A stretch of 64,000 nt of DNA from Candidatus Multivoradales bacterium (lineage in GTDB: Bacteria; Acidobacteriota; Thermoanaerobaculia; Multivoradales; JAHEKO01): positions 2,304,001-2,368,000 of the forward strand of contig CBDFIJ010000004.1 in the NCBI GenBank assembly GCA_965248055.1. Reading direction: 5' to 3'. The notes under the pieces were generated by a model that was given only the letters and a program-made list of their open reading frames with translations, was not told the origin of the DNA and searched no databases. A program made the translations under genes and the position numbers. Below, piece after piece: positions 1 to 8,751 of the stretch (position 1 is the first letter of the stretch; each line of letters begins with the position of its first letter).

Positions 1-198
1 ATATTCCGTGCGCGGAAACTTCATTCGGAAGCTTTGGCCGCGCTGAGATTCTTGACAGAGGCGGTTGAAAAAGATCGAGCGGATGAAAAACTCTTAGCGT
101 ACGTTTACGAGTTCGTGAAGGCAGCTCAATCGAACACGAGTATGAAGTTCACCCCTCCCAGAGCTCGACCGAGTTTCCGGCGACTCGCTCATCGTTGA
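1..198 (+). CDS. 3' end of a helical/TPR-type protein (truncated by window edge)
   Basis: Frame 1 is open from base 1 to TGA at 196-198 (IFRARKLHSEALAALRFLTEAVEK...YEFVKAAQSNTSMKF). It resembles the C-terminus of TPR proteins recalled from Thermoanaerobaculia. Not in the ORF track because there is no start codon. Confidence 0.55.
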   Translation: MFRARKLHSEALAALRFLTEAVEKDRADEKLLAYVYEFVKAAQSNTSMKFTPPRARPSFRRLAHR

Positions 199-351
199 CG
201 GCGGCCGATTTCGTAGACCGACCAACCGTCTCAGATTAGGACGCCTGCCAATGGTGGTGAATAGGTCTGACAGATCGTCTCCAGCTAGGTGCGAATAGGA
301 CCGGGTTACCAGCTGTTGCTGGTGCCCGCACCGATAAGGGTTCAAAAAACC

Positions 352-504
352 CTAAAGTTCGATTGAGCCCTTGGCCGTTGACCCACCGTTGTAGGAACTA
401 GTACCCGAGTTGAAACTGAGCGATCCAGTATCGGAACTTTCGTCGCCACCGGATATACCGAGAAACCCAACCAGAGCGAGCAATAGGGCGATTAGATTCA
501 TCAT
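352..504 (-). CDS. small secreted peptide (50 aa)
   Basis: ATG at 504 with GGGAG RBS (511-515). Hydrophobic N-terminus MMNLIALLLALVGFLGISGG followed by a Ser/Gly-rich tail ending KGSIEL. Confidence 0.55.
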   Translation of the reverse strand: MMNLIALLLALVGFLGISGGDESSDTGSLSFNSGTSSYNGGSTAKGSIEL

Positions 505-605
505 AAGAGACTCCCGTCGTTCAGTGAAAGTGTTTACGAGGTATTTCGCAGCCACCTTCAAGAAATAACTCTTTGGAGTGTAGAACTCTTTGACCCCTAA
601 AGTGA

Positions 606-621
606 TGTGATTTCAGTCACA
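606..621. promoter_or_regulatory. CRP/FNR-family operator
   Basis: Perfect TGTGA-N6-TCACA (TGTGA TTTCAG TCACA) about 100 bp upstream of the small peptide gene. Confidence 0.6.
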
Positions 622-733
622 TAGCTCATTTCAAAGAGCCTTGATACGGTTACGCGTAGGCGGCGACAAGACCGGCGTTGGCCTGCGAAGCTGGTTTTTC
701 TGGTGGGCTCGGGTATTCCTGGGCAAGGGTTGT

Positions 734-1456
734 CTATTTCCGCCTGGAAGGTTTTGGCGGCTGGTCGAGCTGTTCTTGCACCAGCTGAAGCTGGCAGTCG
801 CGCTCGCCAGCTGAGGTCAATGTCTCGCGGTCGAGTAGCTCAAAACCGATGCCGATCTGAGAAAACGGCCACGGCACCCAAGTGCGATCCCAAGACGACA
901 AACGGGAAGAAGAACTGGCTGAGGCAGTGATGGCAACAATCGAGAGATCGGTCAACTGCGACAACATGACGACCCCAGGTGCAGCTTGGCGAGCCGGGCC
1001 CCGAGGTCCATCGGGGATCAAGACCGGGGATAAACCTTGGCTGCGAGATTCGCGAGCCAGTTGGCGAACCGCCGCCATCCCCCCTGAAGAACTCGAACCG
1101 CGCACAGTCTGAATCCCCCAACGCTTAAGAACTTTATCCCCGACGTCACCATCTTCGGAGCGAGAGATCAGCGCAATCAACGGCTTGCCTCGCCGGTGGA
1201 CCTTGCGAGCGAGGAAAGGCGCGACCAGAAATAAGGACTCATGCCAAGTGGCAAAGATCAAGGGATCGTTTGCGCCGCGCAACGCGGCCAGATGTTCCAT
1301 GCCAGAGACCACCCGATAGCGGCAGGTGTGAGCATAAAACTCCAGAAGTAGCCATCCAACCCAGGCGCTAAACGCAACCCGCCGATCACGGCGACGATCT
1401 GGATCGCGGTCGGTCGATGGATCATCGGTAGAAGATTCGGGTTGTGGTGCTGGCAT
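734..1456 (-). CDS. DUF374 / lysophospholipid acyltransferase family protein
   Basis: Motifs IFATWH, LISRSEDG, VRGSSS, PDGPRGP, LSSWDR..VPWPFS. Confidence 0.85.
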   Translation of the reverse strand: MPAPQPESSTDDPSTDRDPDRRRDRRVAFSAWVGWLLLEFYAHTCRYRVVSGMEHLAALRGANDPLIFATWHESLFLVAPFLARKVHRRGKPLIALISRSEDGDVGDKVLKRWGIQTVRGSSSSGGMAAVRQLARESRSQGLSPVLIPDGPRGPARQAAPGVVMLSQLTDLSIVAITASASSSSRLSSWDRTWVPWPFSQIGIGFELLDRETLTSAGERDCQLQLVQEQLDQPPKPSRRK

Positions 1457-1558
1457 GGTCGAACCGGAAGTGTAGCTGCCCGTAGCACCGTTAGCCCAGT
1501 GGTGATAGTTAGCCCCGCAAACCGAACCCCTGTAGAAGGCCTCCTCGCGATCCTCTGT

Positions 1559-2266
1559 TCAATTCAGGGTGAAGTGAATCAAGAGTTGATAGCGCACCGG
1601 TACTGGAGTGCCATCGAGCAGAGTTGCCGGCTGGAAGCGCCAATCACGCACTGCTTCGACAGCCGATTCGGCTAGCCCCATCGACAGAGATCGAATTACT
1701 TGGAGGTCGCGCACGTCTCCGGCTCGGTCGATGACCAACGCCAGTTCAACCACCCCCTCAATCCGAGTCCTTCTAGCGATCTCGGTGTATCCCGGCTGAG
1801 AGCCGAAGATCTTGACCGGCGCGGCGACCTCACCCCCAACTTCCAAGACCGTGTCGAGTTGCGGCAGCGGCGGAGCATCCGGAATTGCTAATTCGATCTC
1901 GTTGGCGGTGAAATGAGGGCTCGGTGGGAGCGCTTGTATGACTTGGATCGGTTCGGGGGCGATGTCGGGAGGGCCGGGAATCAACACCCTTGTTCCGGTC
2001 ATTTCGGGTTGCGGGGCAACTGGAGTTAGCGGTTTTGGCGCGAATTCAACAATCTGAAAGGGCCGAGGTCGAGGCGACATCTCGGTGCGAATGAACGGCA
2101 GTGGATCGGCCCAGCGCAGGAGAAACAAACCAACGTGCAAACTAATGGCAAACAGAACCGCGAATCGCAGTGCGAATTGCTCGGTAGCGTGTTCTTCGTT
2201 GGCGGATGCGCGATCGATGACGCCGAACCCGTGAATCGTTGAAGCGTTGTGTCTGCTCATGTTCAC
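1559..2266 (-). CDS. tonB: energy transducer TonB
   Basis: N-terminal TM with SxxxH-like motif (AISLH), Pro-rich linker, TonB C-domain (PGYTEIARR..IEGVV...AVRDWRFQPA). Confidence 0.85.
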   Translation of the reverse strand: MNMSRHNASTIHGFGVIDRASANEEHATEQFALRFAVLFAISLHVGLFLLRWADPLPFIRTEMSPRPRPFQIVEFAPKPLTPVAPQPEMTGTRVLIPGPPDIAPEPIQVIQALPPSPHFTANEIELAIPDAPPLPQLDTVLEVGGEVAAPVKIFGSQPGYTEIARRTRIEGVVELALVIDRAGDVRDLQVIRSLSMGLAESAVEAVRDWRFQPATLLDGTPVPVRYQLLIHFTLN

Positions 2267-2380
2267 TCCTCTGATGGGATAGACGGTTCAGCGACTTGAT
2301 GAGTTCCCGTAGCCAGAGAATCCGACCGGCTTGCAATGCGCTTCAGTTCATCAAGGTAAAATCTGCCAACGGACTGCGAT

Positions 2381-4312
2381 ATGGGCCAGCACGACGTAGA
2401 TCGCCACACCGACCCGGAACGTCTCAGGACGTTCACGCGCGAAGTATTGAAAGATCTCCGCGCTCTTCGACGCATGGAGCAAGAAGAGATGTTCGAGACC
2501 GGAGTTCGTCGAATCGGTGCTGAGCAGGAGATGTTTTTGGTTGACCCAAGGGGACATCCTGCACCGGTGGCGATGGAAGTGCTAGAGATCTCAGACGACC
2601 CCAACTTGACCACTGAGCTGGGCAAATTCAATCTGGAAATCAATCTTGAACCGGAGCTGTTTGTCGACCGGTGTTTGAATAACCTGGAGCAGCAGCTCAA
2701 TCAGCGGTTAGCGCGGGTGCGCGAGTCAGTTCACCAAGTTGGAGCCGAAGTCGCCCTGGTCGGTATCCTGCCGAGCCTGACCCCACGCCACTTGACCTTG
2801 GACTGGATGGCTCCGATTCCCCGCTACTACGCGCTCAACGAGGCTTTCCGGCGGCTGCGCAACGACCGACCGTTTCGATTTCGCATCACCGGGTGCGACG
2901 AGTTGATCGGCAAGCACGACAACGTGATGTTTGAGGCTTGCAACACCAGTTTTCAAATGCACCTGCAGGTCAGTCCCGCAGAATTTCCCAGGCTTTACAA
3001 CTTGGCCCAGTTAGTGGCTGGCCCGACATTGGCGGCAGCCACCAACTCCCCGCTGCTGTTCGGTCGGCAGCTATGGCGAGAAACCCGGATCGCGGTGTTT
3101 GAGCAATCGGTCGATACTCGGCATTCTAGCCACCTGCGGGAGCAAGCGGCCAGGGTGAGCTTTGGCCGCGACTGGATACGTTCCTCGGTTCGAGAGATTT
3201 ACCAAGAAGACATCGCCCGATTTCGCTCAATCTTGGCGATCGATGTGGCCGAGGACTCGCTAGAAATCCTAGAGCGTGGTGGAATCCCGAAACTCGAGGC
3301 GTTGTCTTTGTTCAACGGCACCGTCTATCGCTGGAATCGCCCCTGTTACGGGATTACCGAGGGCAAGCCCCATTTGCGCATTGAGAATCGGGTGCTGCCA
3401 TCTGGCCCGACCACTTTGGACGAAGTGGCCAACAGTGCATTTTGGCTGGGCGTGATGATCGAGTTGCCCGACCAGTTGGGAGAAATATCGGAAGAAATGG
3501 ACTTCCGCCATGTACGCGACAACTTTGTTGCTTGTGCACGGCGGGGATTGGGGGCGCAGATCGCGTGGCCAGGAATGGGAGAGATCTCGGTGGCGAACTT
3601 GATTCTGGAACACCTCCTGCCGGCAGCTCGTCGGGGCTTGCAACAGCGTCAAGTCGATGATGGAGATATAGACCGCTACCTCGCGGTCATCGAACAGAGA
3701 GTTCTCACTGGGCGCACCGGTTCCCAGTGGCAGATCGATGCTTTGGAGGCACTGGCACCGAAGGTTGACCGCGGGGCGGTTTTTGGTGCCCTGGTTCAAG
3801 GACTGGTCAATCGCCAGTGGCAGGGTGCCCCAGTGCATACCTGGCAATCGGTACAAATCGATGAAGGAGATGAATTGTCAACCCACGCGCAAGTTGAAGA
3901 CATCATGAGCACCGACCTGTTCACCATCAACGAGGAAGATGTAGTGGACGTCGCGGCGGCGATGATGAAATGGCGCCACATACGCCGAATTCCGGTCGAG
4001 GACGGGTCAGGGACCCTGGTGGGTTTGGTCACCTACCGAGGCCTGATACGTTTGCTAAGTCGAGGTGAGGCTGGCCGCATGAAACCGACTGCGGTTTCTT
4101 TGATTATGGAGACCGAAGTGGTTACGGTGACGCCCAACGTGCCGACATTGGACGCCGCCCGGTTGATGAGAAAACGCAAGATCGGTTGCTTACCGGTGGT
4201 CGACCAGGACAACCGTTTGGTTGGGATCGTCACCGAGAACGATCTGGTGCGAATCGCCTGGCCACTGCTTGAAGCACATCTCGCTTCGGCGTCAAGCGAC
4301 GACACGGTTTGA
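2381..4312 (+). CDS. glutamate-cysteine ligase family 2 protein with C-terminal CBS pair
   Basis: IGAEQE, TTELGKFNLE, EACNTSFQMHLQV, HLRIENRVLPSGPT motifs; two CBS domains at the C-terminus. Confidence 0.85.
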   Translation: MGQHDVDRHTDPERLRTFTREVLKDLRALRRMEQEEMFETGVRRIGAEQEMFLVDPRGHPAPVAMEVLEISDDPNLTTELGKFNLEINLEPELFVDRCLNNLEQQLNQRLARVRESVHQVGAEVALVGILPSLTPRHLTLDWMAPIPRYYALNEAFRRLRNDRPFRFRITGCDELIGKHDNVMFEACNTSFQMHLQVSPAEFPRLYNLAQLVAGPTLAAATNSPLLFGRQLWRETRIAVFEQSVDTRHSSHLREQAARVSFGRDWIRSSVREIYQEDIARFRSILAIDVAEDSLEILERGGIPKLEALSLFNGTVYRWNRPCYGITEGKPHLRIENRVLPSGPTTLDEVANSAFWLGVMIELPDQLGEISEEMDFRHVRDNFVACARRGLGAQIAWPGMGEISVANLILEHLLPAARRGLQQRQVDDGDIDRYLAVIEQRVLTGRTGSQWQIDALEALAPKVDRGAVFGALVQGLVNRQWQGAPVHTWQSVQIDEGDELSTHAQVEDIMSTDLFTINEEDVVDVAAAMMKWRHIRRIPVEDGSGTLVGLVTYRGLIRLLSRGEAGRMKPTAVSLIMETEVVTVTPNVPTLDAARLMRKRKIGCLPVVDQDNRLVGIVTENDLVRIAWPLLEAHLASASSDDTV

Positions 4313-4387
4313 TCTCTTGGCCTCAGTGTCGAGTCGACAACTGAGGCAGGAGTGCTCTCAACCAAAGACTCGCTACTATCTTCTACC

Positions 4388-5113
4388 ATGCGCACTGATC
4401 ACCTCCACACCAGCGAAGCAATCCGCCATCGACTGTCGGAGGGTCCCGAGGTCCACTACCTACGAGACTCCATCTACGGAGGTATCGATGGCGCGATTAC
4501 CACGTTTGCCATCGTGGCCGGTGCTGTGGGTGCCGAGCTATCTTCGGTCGTAGTGATCGTTCTTGGCGTCGCCAACCTATTAGCAGACGGGCTGTCGATG
4601 GCGGCAGGCAACTATTCTGCGACCCGAGCCGAAGTCGACGTTGAAGAACACCTGCGTGCGATCGAAAAACGCCACATTGAACTGCATCCAGAGGGAGAGC
4701 GCGAAGAGATTCGTCAAATCTTTGCCGCCAAAGGATTCTCTGGGGAACACCTGGAAAGTGTCGTCGAAGTGATCTCGGCCGACCACGGCCGTTGGATTCA
4801 AACCATGCTCACCGAAGAATACGGTCTGCCCCTGGAAGGCCGATCGCCGTGGCGGGCTGCATGGGCGACGTTCTCCGCGTTCTTGCTGTGCGGCGGCGTT
4901 CCCTTGATTCCCTATCTGCTCAAGGTGCCGCACGCGTTTGCTGCTGCATCGATCACCACTGCAGGAGTCTTCTTCGTCATCGGCTGCGCGCGAGCCCGCT
5001 GGTCCGTCGCCCCCTGGTGGAAGACCGGCCTCGGCACCCTCGGCATCGGAGGGTTAGCCGCCGCCGTGTCGTTCGCCGTTGGCCGTGGCTTGTCGATCTT
5101 GTTCGGCGTCTAA
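4388..5113 (+). CDS. VIT1/CCC1 family Fe/Mn transporter
   Basis: YLRDSIYGGIDG, GVANLLADGLSMAAGNY, HPEGEREEIRQIF and MLTEEYGL motifs. Start could be 4352. Confidence 0.9.
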   Translation: MRTDHLHTSEAIRHRLSEGPEVHYLRDSIYGGIDGAITTFAIVAGAVGAELSSVVVIVLGVANLLADGLSMAAGNYSATRAEVDVEEHLRAIEKRHIELHPEGEREEIRQIFAAKGFSGEHLESVVEVISADHGRWIQTMLTEEYGLPLEGRSPWRAAWATFSAFLLCGGVPLIPYLLKVPHAFAAASITTAGVFFVIGCARARWSVAPWWKTGLGTLGIGGLAAAVSFAVGRGLSILFGV

Positions 5114-5126
5114 CTACACGTTGTCC

Positions 5127-5184
5127 TTGAAAAGAATGGTGCACCGAGGAGAATTCGAATCCCCAACCTCCTGATCCGTAGTCA
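5127..5184. repeat. att site: 58-bp direct repeat of the tRNA-Arg 3' part plus 10 nt of downstream flank
   Basis: Identical to 45241-45298 (TTGAAAAGAATGGTGCACCGAGG...CGTAGTCA). Confidence 0.97.
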
Positions 5185-5289
5185 ATATTTTCGAGAGTGC
5201 TGCGCGTTGCTGTGGGGTGAATATATCAATAACTATAAGCGTTATGTCTTGACTCGGCCGGCTGTACTCTGCCACGATATGCACTGTTT

Positions 5290-5307
5290 TGATTACTATA
5301 CGATTAC
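5290..5307. promoter_or_regulatory. putative integrase arm-type binding sites (left)
   Basis: TGATTACTATACGATTAC matches TGATTACTATGTGATTAC at 45184-45201, just inside the other att site. Both are tandem GATTAC repeats. Confidence 0.6.
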
Positions 5308-5324
5308 TGTAGAGGTGCAAGGCG

Positions 5325-6554
5325 ATGAAACGCAAGCTCACCAAGCGCACAATTGACGCTCTGAAACCAAAGACTGGGGAGAACTTCGTCTGGGATACCG
5401 AAGTGACCGGTTTTGGGATCAAAGTGTTCCCTTCAGGCAGTAAGTCCTACGTCTTCCAGTACCGTGTCACGGTACGAGGCAAGAAGGGACCCGCACGCCG
5501 CATCACGCTCGCGCGAGTCGGTGAGGTGACGCTCGATCAGGCGCGAAGGACTGCAACAGATCATCTACAGGCGGCTCGTATGGGAGAAGATCCACGGGGT
5601 AGCCGAAAGGCGGTAGACAGTCCAACTGTCGCAGACTTGGTTAAGCGCTTTCTCGACAATTTCTTGCCGAACAAGAAACGCCCACCACGTCCCAAGACCA
5701 TGTCGTACTACGAGAGCTTGCTGCGATGTCATGTTGTGCCCGCGATAGGTGCCAAGCAAGTCGACGAGATCGAACGCGCTGACATCGAAGCGCTGCACAG
5801 CTCCATGCGCGACAAGCCGTATATGGGCAACCGCACCGTGACGGTCTTAGGGCAGGCCTTTGATTACGCGGAAGTCCTGGGTTGGCGGCAACAAGGCTCG
5901 AACCCGACTCGGCACATTGAGCGGTATCGTGAACTCAAGCGTGGCGCCAAGAAGGAAGTCATGCTTACACCAAAGCAAATGGGCGATCTCTTGAGGGCGA
6001 TTGACAAGGAAGAAGCGGATGGCGCAGACCCCACCTCCTGTGCTGCCATTCGCGTCGCCTTCTGGACCGGATGGCGGATCTCCGAAGTGCTCCGCCTTGA
6101 GTGGGAAAACGTCGACCTTGAGACGGGATCAACCAAGTTGCTTCTCACTAAAACCGCTGACGCGGAATACCGCCAGATGCCTACTCCTGCGATTGAGATT
6201 GTAAAGAATCAAAAGCAGCTCATTGGATGTCCCTACGTGTTCCCTGGCCGTTACAGTTACGGTCATCTCACCACGGTCAAAGGACCGTGGTTTCGGATTA
6301 GGAAACGAGCAGGACTAGACAATCTTGAAGGACTCGGTGGGTTGCGCCTCCACGACCTCAGGCATAACGTCGTGAGCTGGGATATCTCCCGAGGTGTTTC
6401 GTTGGAAATCGCCGGCAAGAACGTCGGTCACCGATCCCGTGATGCGACAGAAGTGTGCGCGCACTTTGCGCCGGATGCTTTGAAGCGAGCTGCTGATGCG
6501 CGGGCCGAAGCGATGCGGAAAGCAGTGGAGAGTGCCGATGCTCGCGCTACTTGA
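5325..6554 (+). CDS. tyrosine integrase (arm-binding domain + catalytic domain), catalytic Tyr apparently replaced by Cys
   Basis: WDTEVTGFGIKV arm-binding domain; TGWRISEV, LHDLRH and VGHRS motifs; TEVCAH where TxxYAH is expected. Confidence 0.9.
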   Translation: MKRKLTKRTIDALKPKTGENFVWDTEVTGFGIKVFPSGSKSYVFQYRVTVRGKKGPARRITLARVGEVTLDQARRTATDHLQAARMGEDPRGSRKAVDSPTVADLVKRFLDNFLPNKKRPPRPKTMSYYESLLRCHVVPAIGAKQVDEIERADIEALHSSMRDKPYMGNRTVTVLGQAFDYAEVLGWRQQGSNPTRHIERYRELKRGAKKEVMLTPKQMGDLLRAIDKEEADGADPTSCAAIRVAFWTGWRISEVLRLEWENVDLETGSTKLLLTKTADAEYRQMPTPAIEIVKNQKQLIGCPYVFPGRYSYGHLTTVKGPWFRIRKRAGLDNLEGLGGLRLHDLRHNVVSWDISRGVSLEIAGKNVGHRSRDATEVCAHFAPDALKRAADARAEAMRKAVESADARAT

Positions 6555-6579
6555 CTGGCATGACCGGCAAGTAAGGCAC

Positions 6580-6605
6580 AAAAAGGGCCACCAGAGTGGT
6601 GGCCC
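6580..6605 (-). terminator. intrinsic terminator
   Basis: GGGCCACCA-GAG-TGGTGGCCC hairpin with an A-run on its left (U-tail on the minus strand), between convergent genes. Confidence 0.7.
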
Positions 6606-6625
6606 GGAACTTAGGAGCTGACTAC

Positions 6626-6934
6626 TCAGCCTCGCTTAAGATAATACTGATCTTGAACGCTGCCTACGGGTTCGAGCGGATTGTACCTCGCCATCTTGGC
6701 GTCGAGCTTGCCCTCGATCTCTTGGATTGAGAAGGTCGCCGCCGATCGCACAAGCGAGCGGGTGTCCTTCTTGGCCTTTTGTAGCCTATTGAGTACTAAG
6801 CTTTGAAGCGCACCGTTCTTGGAGCGACCGATGTCGCCAAGCGTGCGAGCCGCAAAGAACCGCGTACCCGCGTGAGGTGAGTCCAACTCAGCCAGTACCT
6901 TTTCTATGCTCTCGCGATTACTCGTGCACATCAA
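6626..6934 (-). CDS. small HEAT-repeat-like protein
   Basis: TRFFAARTLGDIG and DTRSLVRSAATFSI helical repeats; AAGGAG RBS upstream of TTG. Confidence 0.6.
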   Translation of the reverse strand: MMCTSNRESIEKVLAELDSPHAGTRFFAARTLGDIGRSKNGALQSLVLNRLQKAKKDTRSLVRSAATFSIQEIEGKLDAKMARYNPLEPVGSVQDQYYLKRG

Positions 6935-7098
6935 ATTGTTCTCCTTGACCTTCTTTGGCCACGTCGGTTAGTAAACAAGCACCATCCGGTCAGTGTCAAC
7001 GTGGACACGTACCGGAACAAGTCTGCTATCCAGTGTGCCAACCGCAGGGGCGCCTGTCAAGTCCTTTATTCACAGTGGTTTGGATTGGGGCTAACTTA

Positions 7099-7156
7099 AT
7101 TTTAGTATAATTATTATTATTTTAGTATTGACATCAGGCTAATAGAATTCTAGAGT
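7099..7156 (+). promoter_or_regulatory. sigma70 promoter with AT-rich upstream element and direct-repeat operator
   Basis: TTGACA (7128-7133), 17-bp spacer, TAGAGT (7151-7156). ATTTTAGTAT occurs at 7099-7108 and 7119-7128. Confidence 0.7.
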
Positions 7157-7182
7157 CGGGGTTGGAAGGAGAAACGAGAAAC

Positions 7183-7569
7183 ATGAACGCAGAAACAGGT
7201 CGATCCCAAGGGCTAACTGTGGTGACTCCAGAGCAGCGCGAGACCGACAATGAACACGGCTTTGTCCGCGGCTGGGGTGTCTCAGCCAGTGCCTCGGGCA
7301 GTCACGACATCAGTATGGCATACGGCGAGCTGCCTCCCGGCATAAAGGCGGCAGCACATTGGCATCCTTTTGAAACGGCCATCTACATCGTTTCTGGGAA
7401 GGTGCGGGTCTACTACGGAGAAGATATGGCCGAGTACGTGGACGTTCGAGGTGGAGACTTCTTGACCATTCCCGCGGATGTCCCTCATGGCCCAGAGAAT
7501 CGGTCTGATACTCCAATGACCTACATCGTGGCCCGAGCTGCTGCGGCTGAGTCGGGGCACGAGATCTAA
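7183..7569 (+). CDS. cupin domain protein
   Basis: AHWHPFETAIY and IPADVPHGPEN cupin motifs; AAGGAG RBS. Confidence 0.88.
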   Translation: MNAETGRSQGLTVVTPEQRETDNEHGFVRGWGVSASASGSHDISMAYGELPPGIKAAAHWHPFETAIYIVSGKVRVYYGEDMAEYVDVRGGDFLTIPADVPHGPENRSDTPMTYIVARAAAAESGHEI

Positions 7570-7579
7570 CCGAACCTTC

Positions 7580-8749
7580 GTGTCTCTTGTGACTGCTCCC
7601 AACCCGTTAAGACTCGGCGCTCGCTCTGGGCTCACACTGATGTGTGCAGGGCCGGCTCAGGCTGAGAGGAGTGTTCTTGCTGAGCTTGGCTCGCCTGTTC
7701 TACCGCATTTCGGCCCATCATGGCTTCCCCTTTTCACTGAGACCACGGAACTACTGAAGCTCGTGTTCGGGACCGAACACGATGTGCTGCTCATCCCGGG
7801 CCCGGGCACCGCAGCACTCGAGTTGGTGCTGAATAGTCTGGTGCCGCGCGATCAAGCCGTTTGCGCGATCACGAACGGTTTTTTTGGCGGGAGGTTGGCA
7901 GAACAGACTCAAGGCCTAGGGCGACGGGTTCATCGGGTTGAGTTCCCAACCGGTGAGGCGGTAGATCCAGTCGTTTTCGCTAGTCGCCTGGGCGATATTG
8001 TCGAGCGAAGTCGGTCCGAGGGTATCCAACTGAGAGCGGTTACCTTGGTTCACCACGAGACAAGCACCGGCGTTCTTAATCCACTGCAGGAGATCGCATC
8101 TGTCGTTCGTTCGCATGATCTTCTTCTTATTGTCGACGCAGTCTCGTCTCTAGGGGGGGCAGAGTTTGCGATGGACGAGTGGAGTATCGATGCGTGCGTG
8201 TCTGTCCCCAATAAGTGCCTGGCGGCTCCCGCTGGAGTCGCTTTGGTAGCGCTAAGTCCTCGAGCTTGGGAGGCTGCGAGTGCAAACAGGACTGCGACAG
8301 GCTGGTACTGGAATTTGGAGACTTGGCGGTGGCACGGGCATCAACGGCCTGAGATGCCGTATCCGTCTACACAACCCACTAATGTGATCGTTGCTCTGCG
8401 TCGTGCCTTGCTGAACATGATGAACGAGGGTCCCGAGAACTATCGAACCCGGGTCAGGGAAGCGGCCCGTTCAATTCGGTCTAGATTATCTGCCTATGGT
8501 TTCCGCCTCTTTCCTCCAGCCGACGTAGCTGCCCCGATGCTGAGCGCTTTCAAGGTTCCGGCCGGTCTCACGGTACAGGAAATCACAACCTATCTGTTAC
8601 ATCGCCATCGGATAGTGGTCGCCGCCAACTTGGACGAAACAACGCCACCGCTCATTCGAGTTGGTCATATGGGGGCGTCTTTGGGGGACGACTATGTTGA
8701 GGCCCTTGCCGGAGCAGTTGAAGAACTCGTTGCTCCGAACTGCTCCTGA
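7580..8749 (+). CDS. PLP-dependent class V aminotransferase (alanine-glyoxylate/serine-pyruvate/AEP-transaminase-like)
   Basis: VHHETSTGVLNPL, VDAVSSLGG, PNKCL (PLP lysine) and IRVGHMG motifs. Confidence 0.9.
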   Translation: MSLVTAPNPLRLGARSGLTLMCAGPAQAERSVLAELGSPVLPHFGPSWLPLFTETTELLKLVFGTEHDVLLIPGPGTAALELVLNSLVPRDQAVCAITNGFFGGRLAEQTQGLGRRVHRVEFPTGEAVDPVVFASRLGDIVERSRSEGIQLRAVTLVHHETSTGVLNPLQEIASVVRSHDLLLIVDAVSSLGGAEFAMDEWSIDACVSVPNKCLAAPAGVALVALSPRAWEAASANRTATGWYWNLETWRWHGHQRPEMPYPSTQPTNVIVALRRALLNMMNEGPENYRTRVREAARSIRSRLSAYGFRLFPPADVAAPMLSAFKVPAGLTVQEITTYLLHRHRIVVAANLDETTPPLIRVGHMGASLGDDYVEALAGAVEELVAPNCS

Positions 8750-8751
8750 TT

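Noticed and set aside
5137-5184. Second tRNA-Arg gene
   Set aside because: Only the 3' part up to the anticodon arm is present; it is the att duplication.
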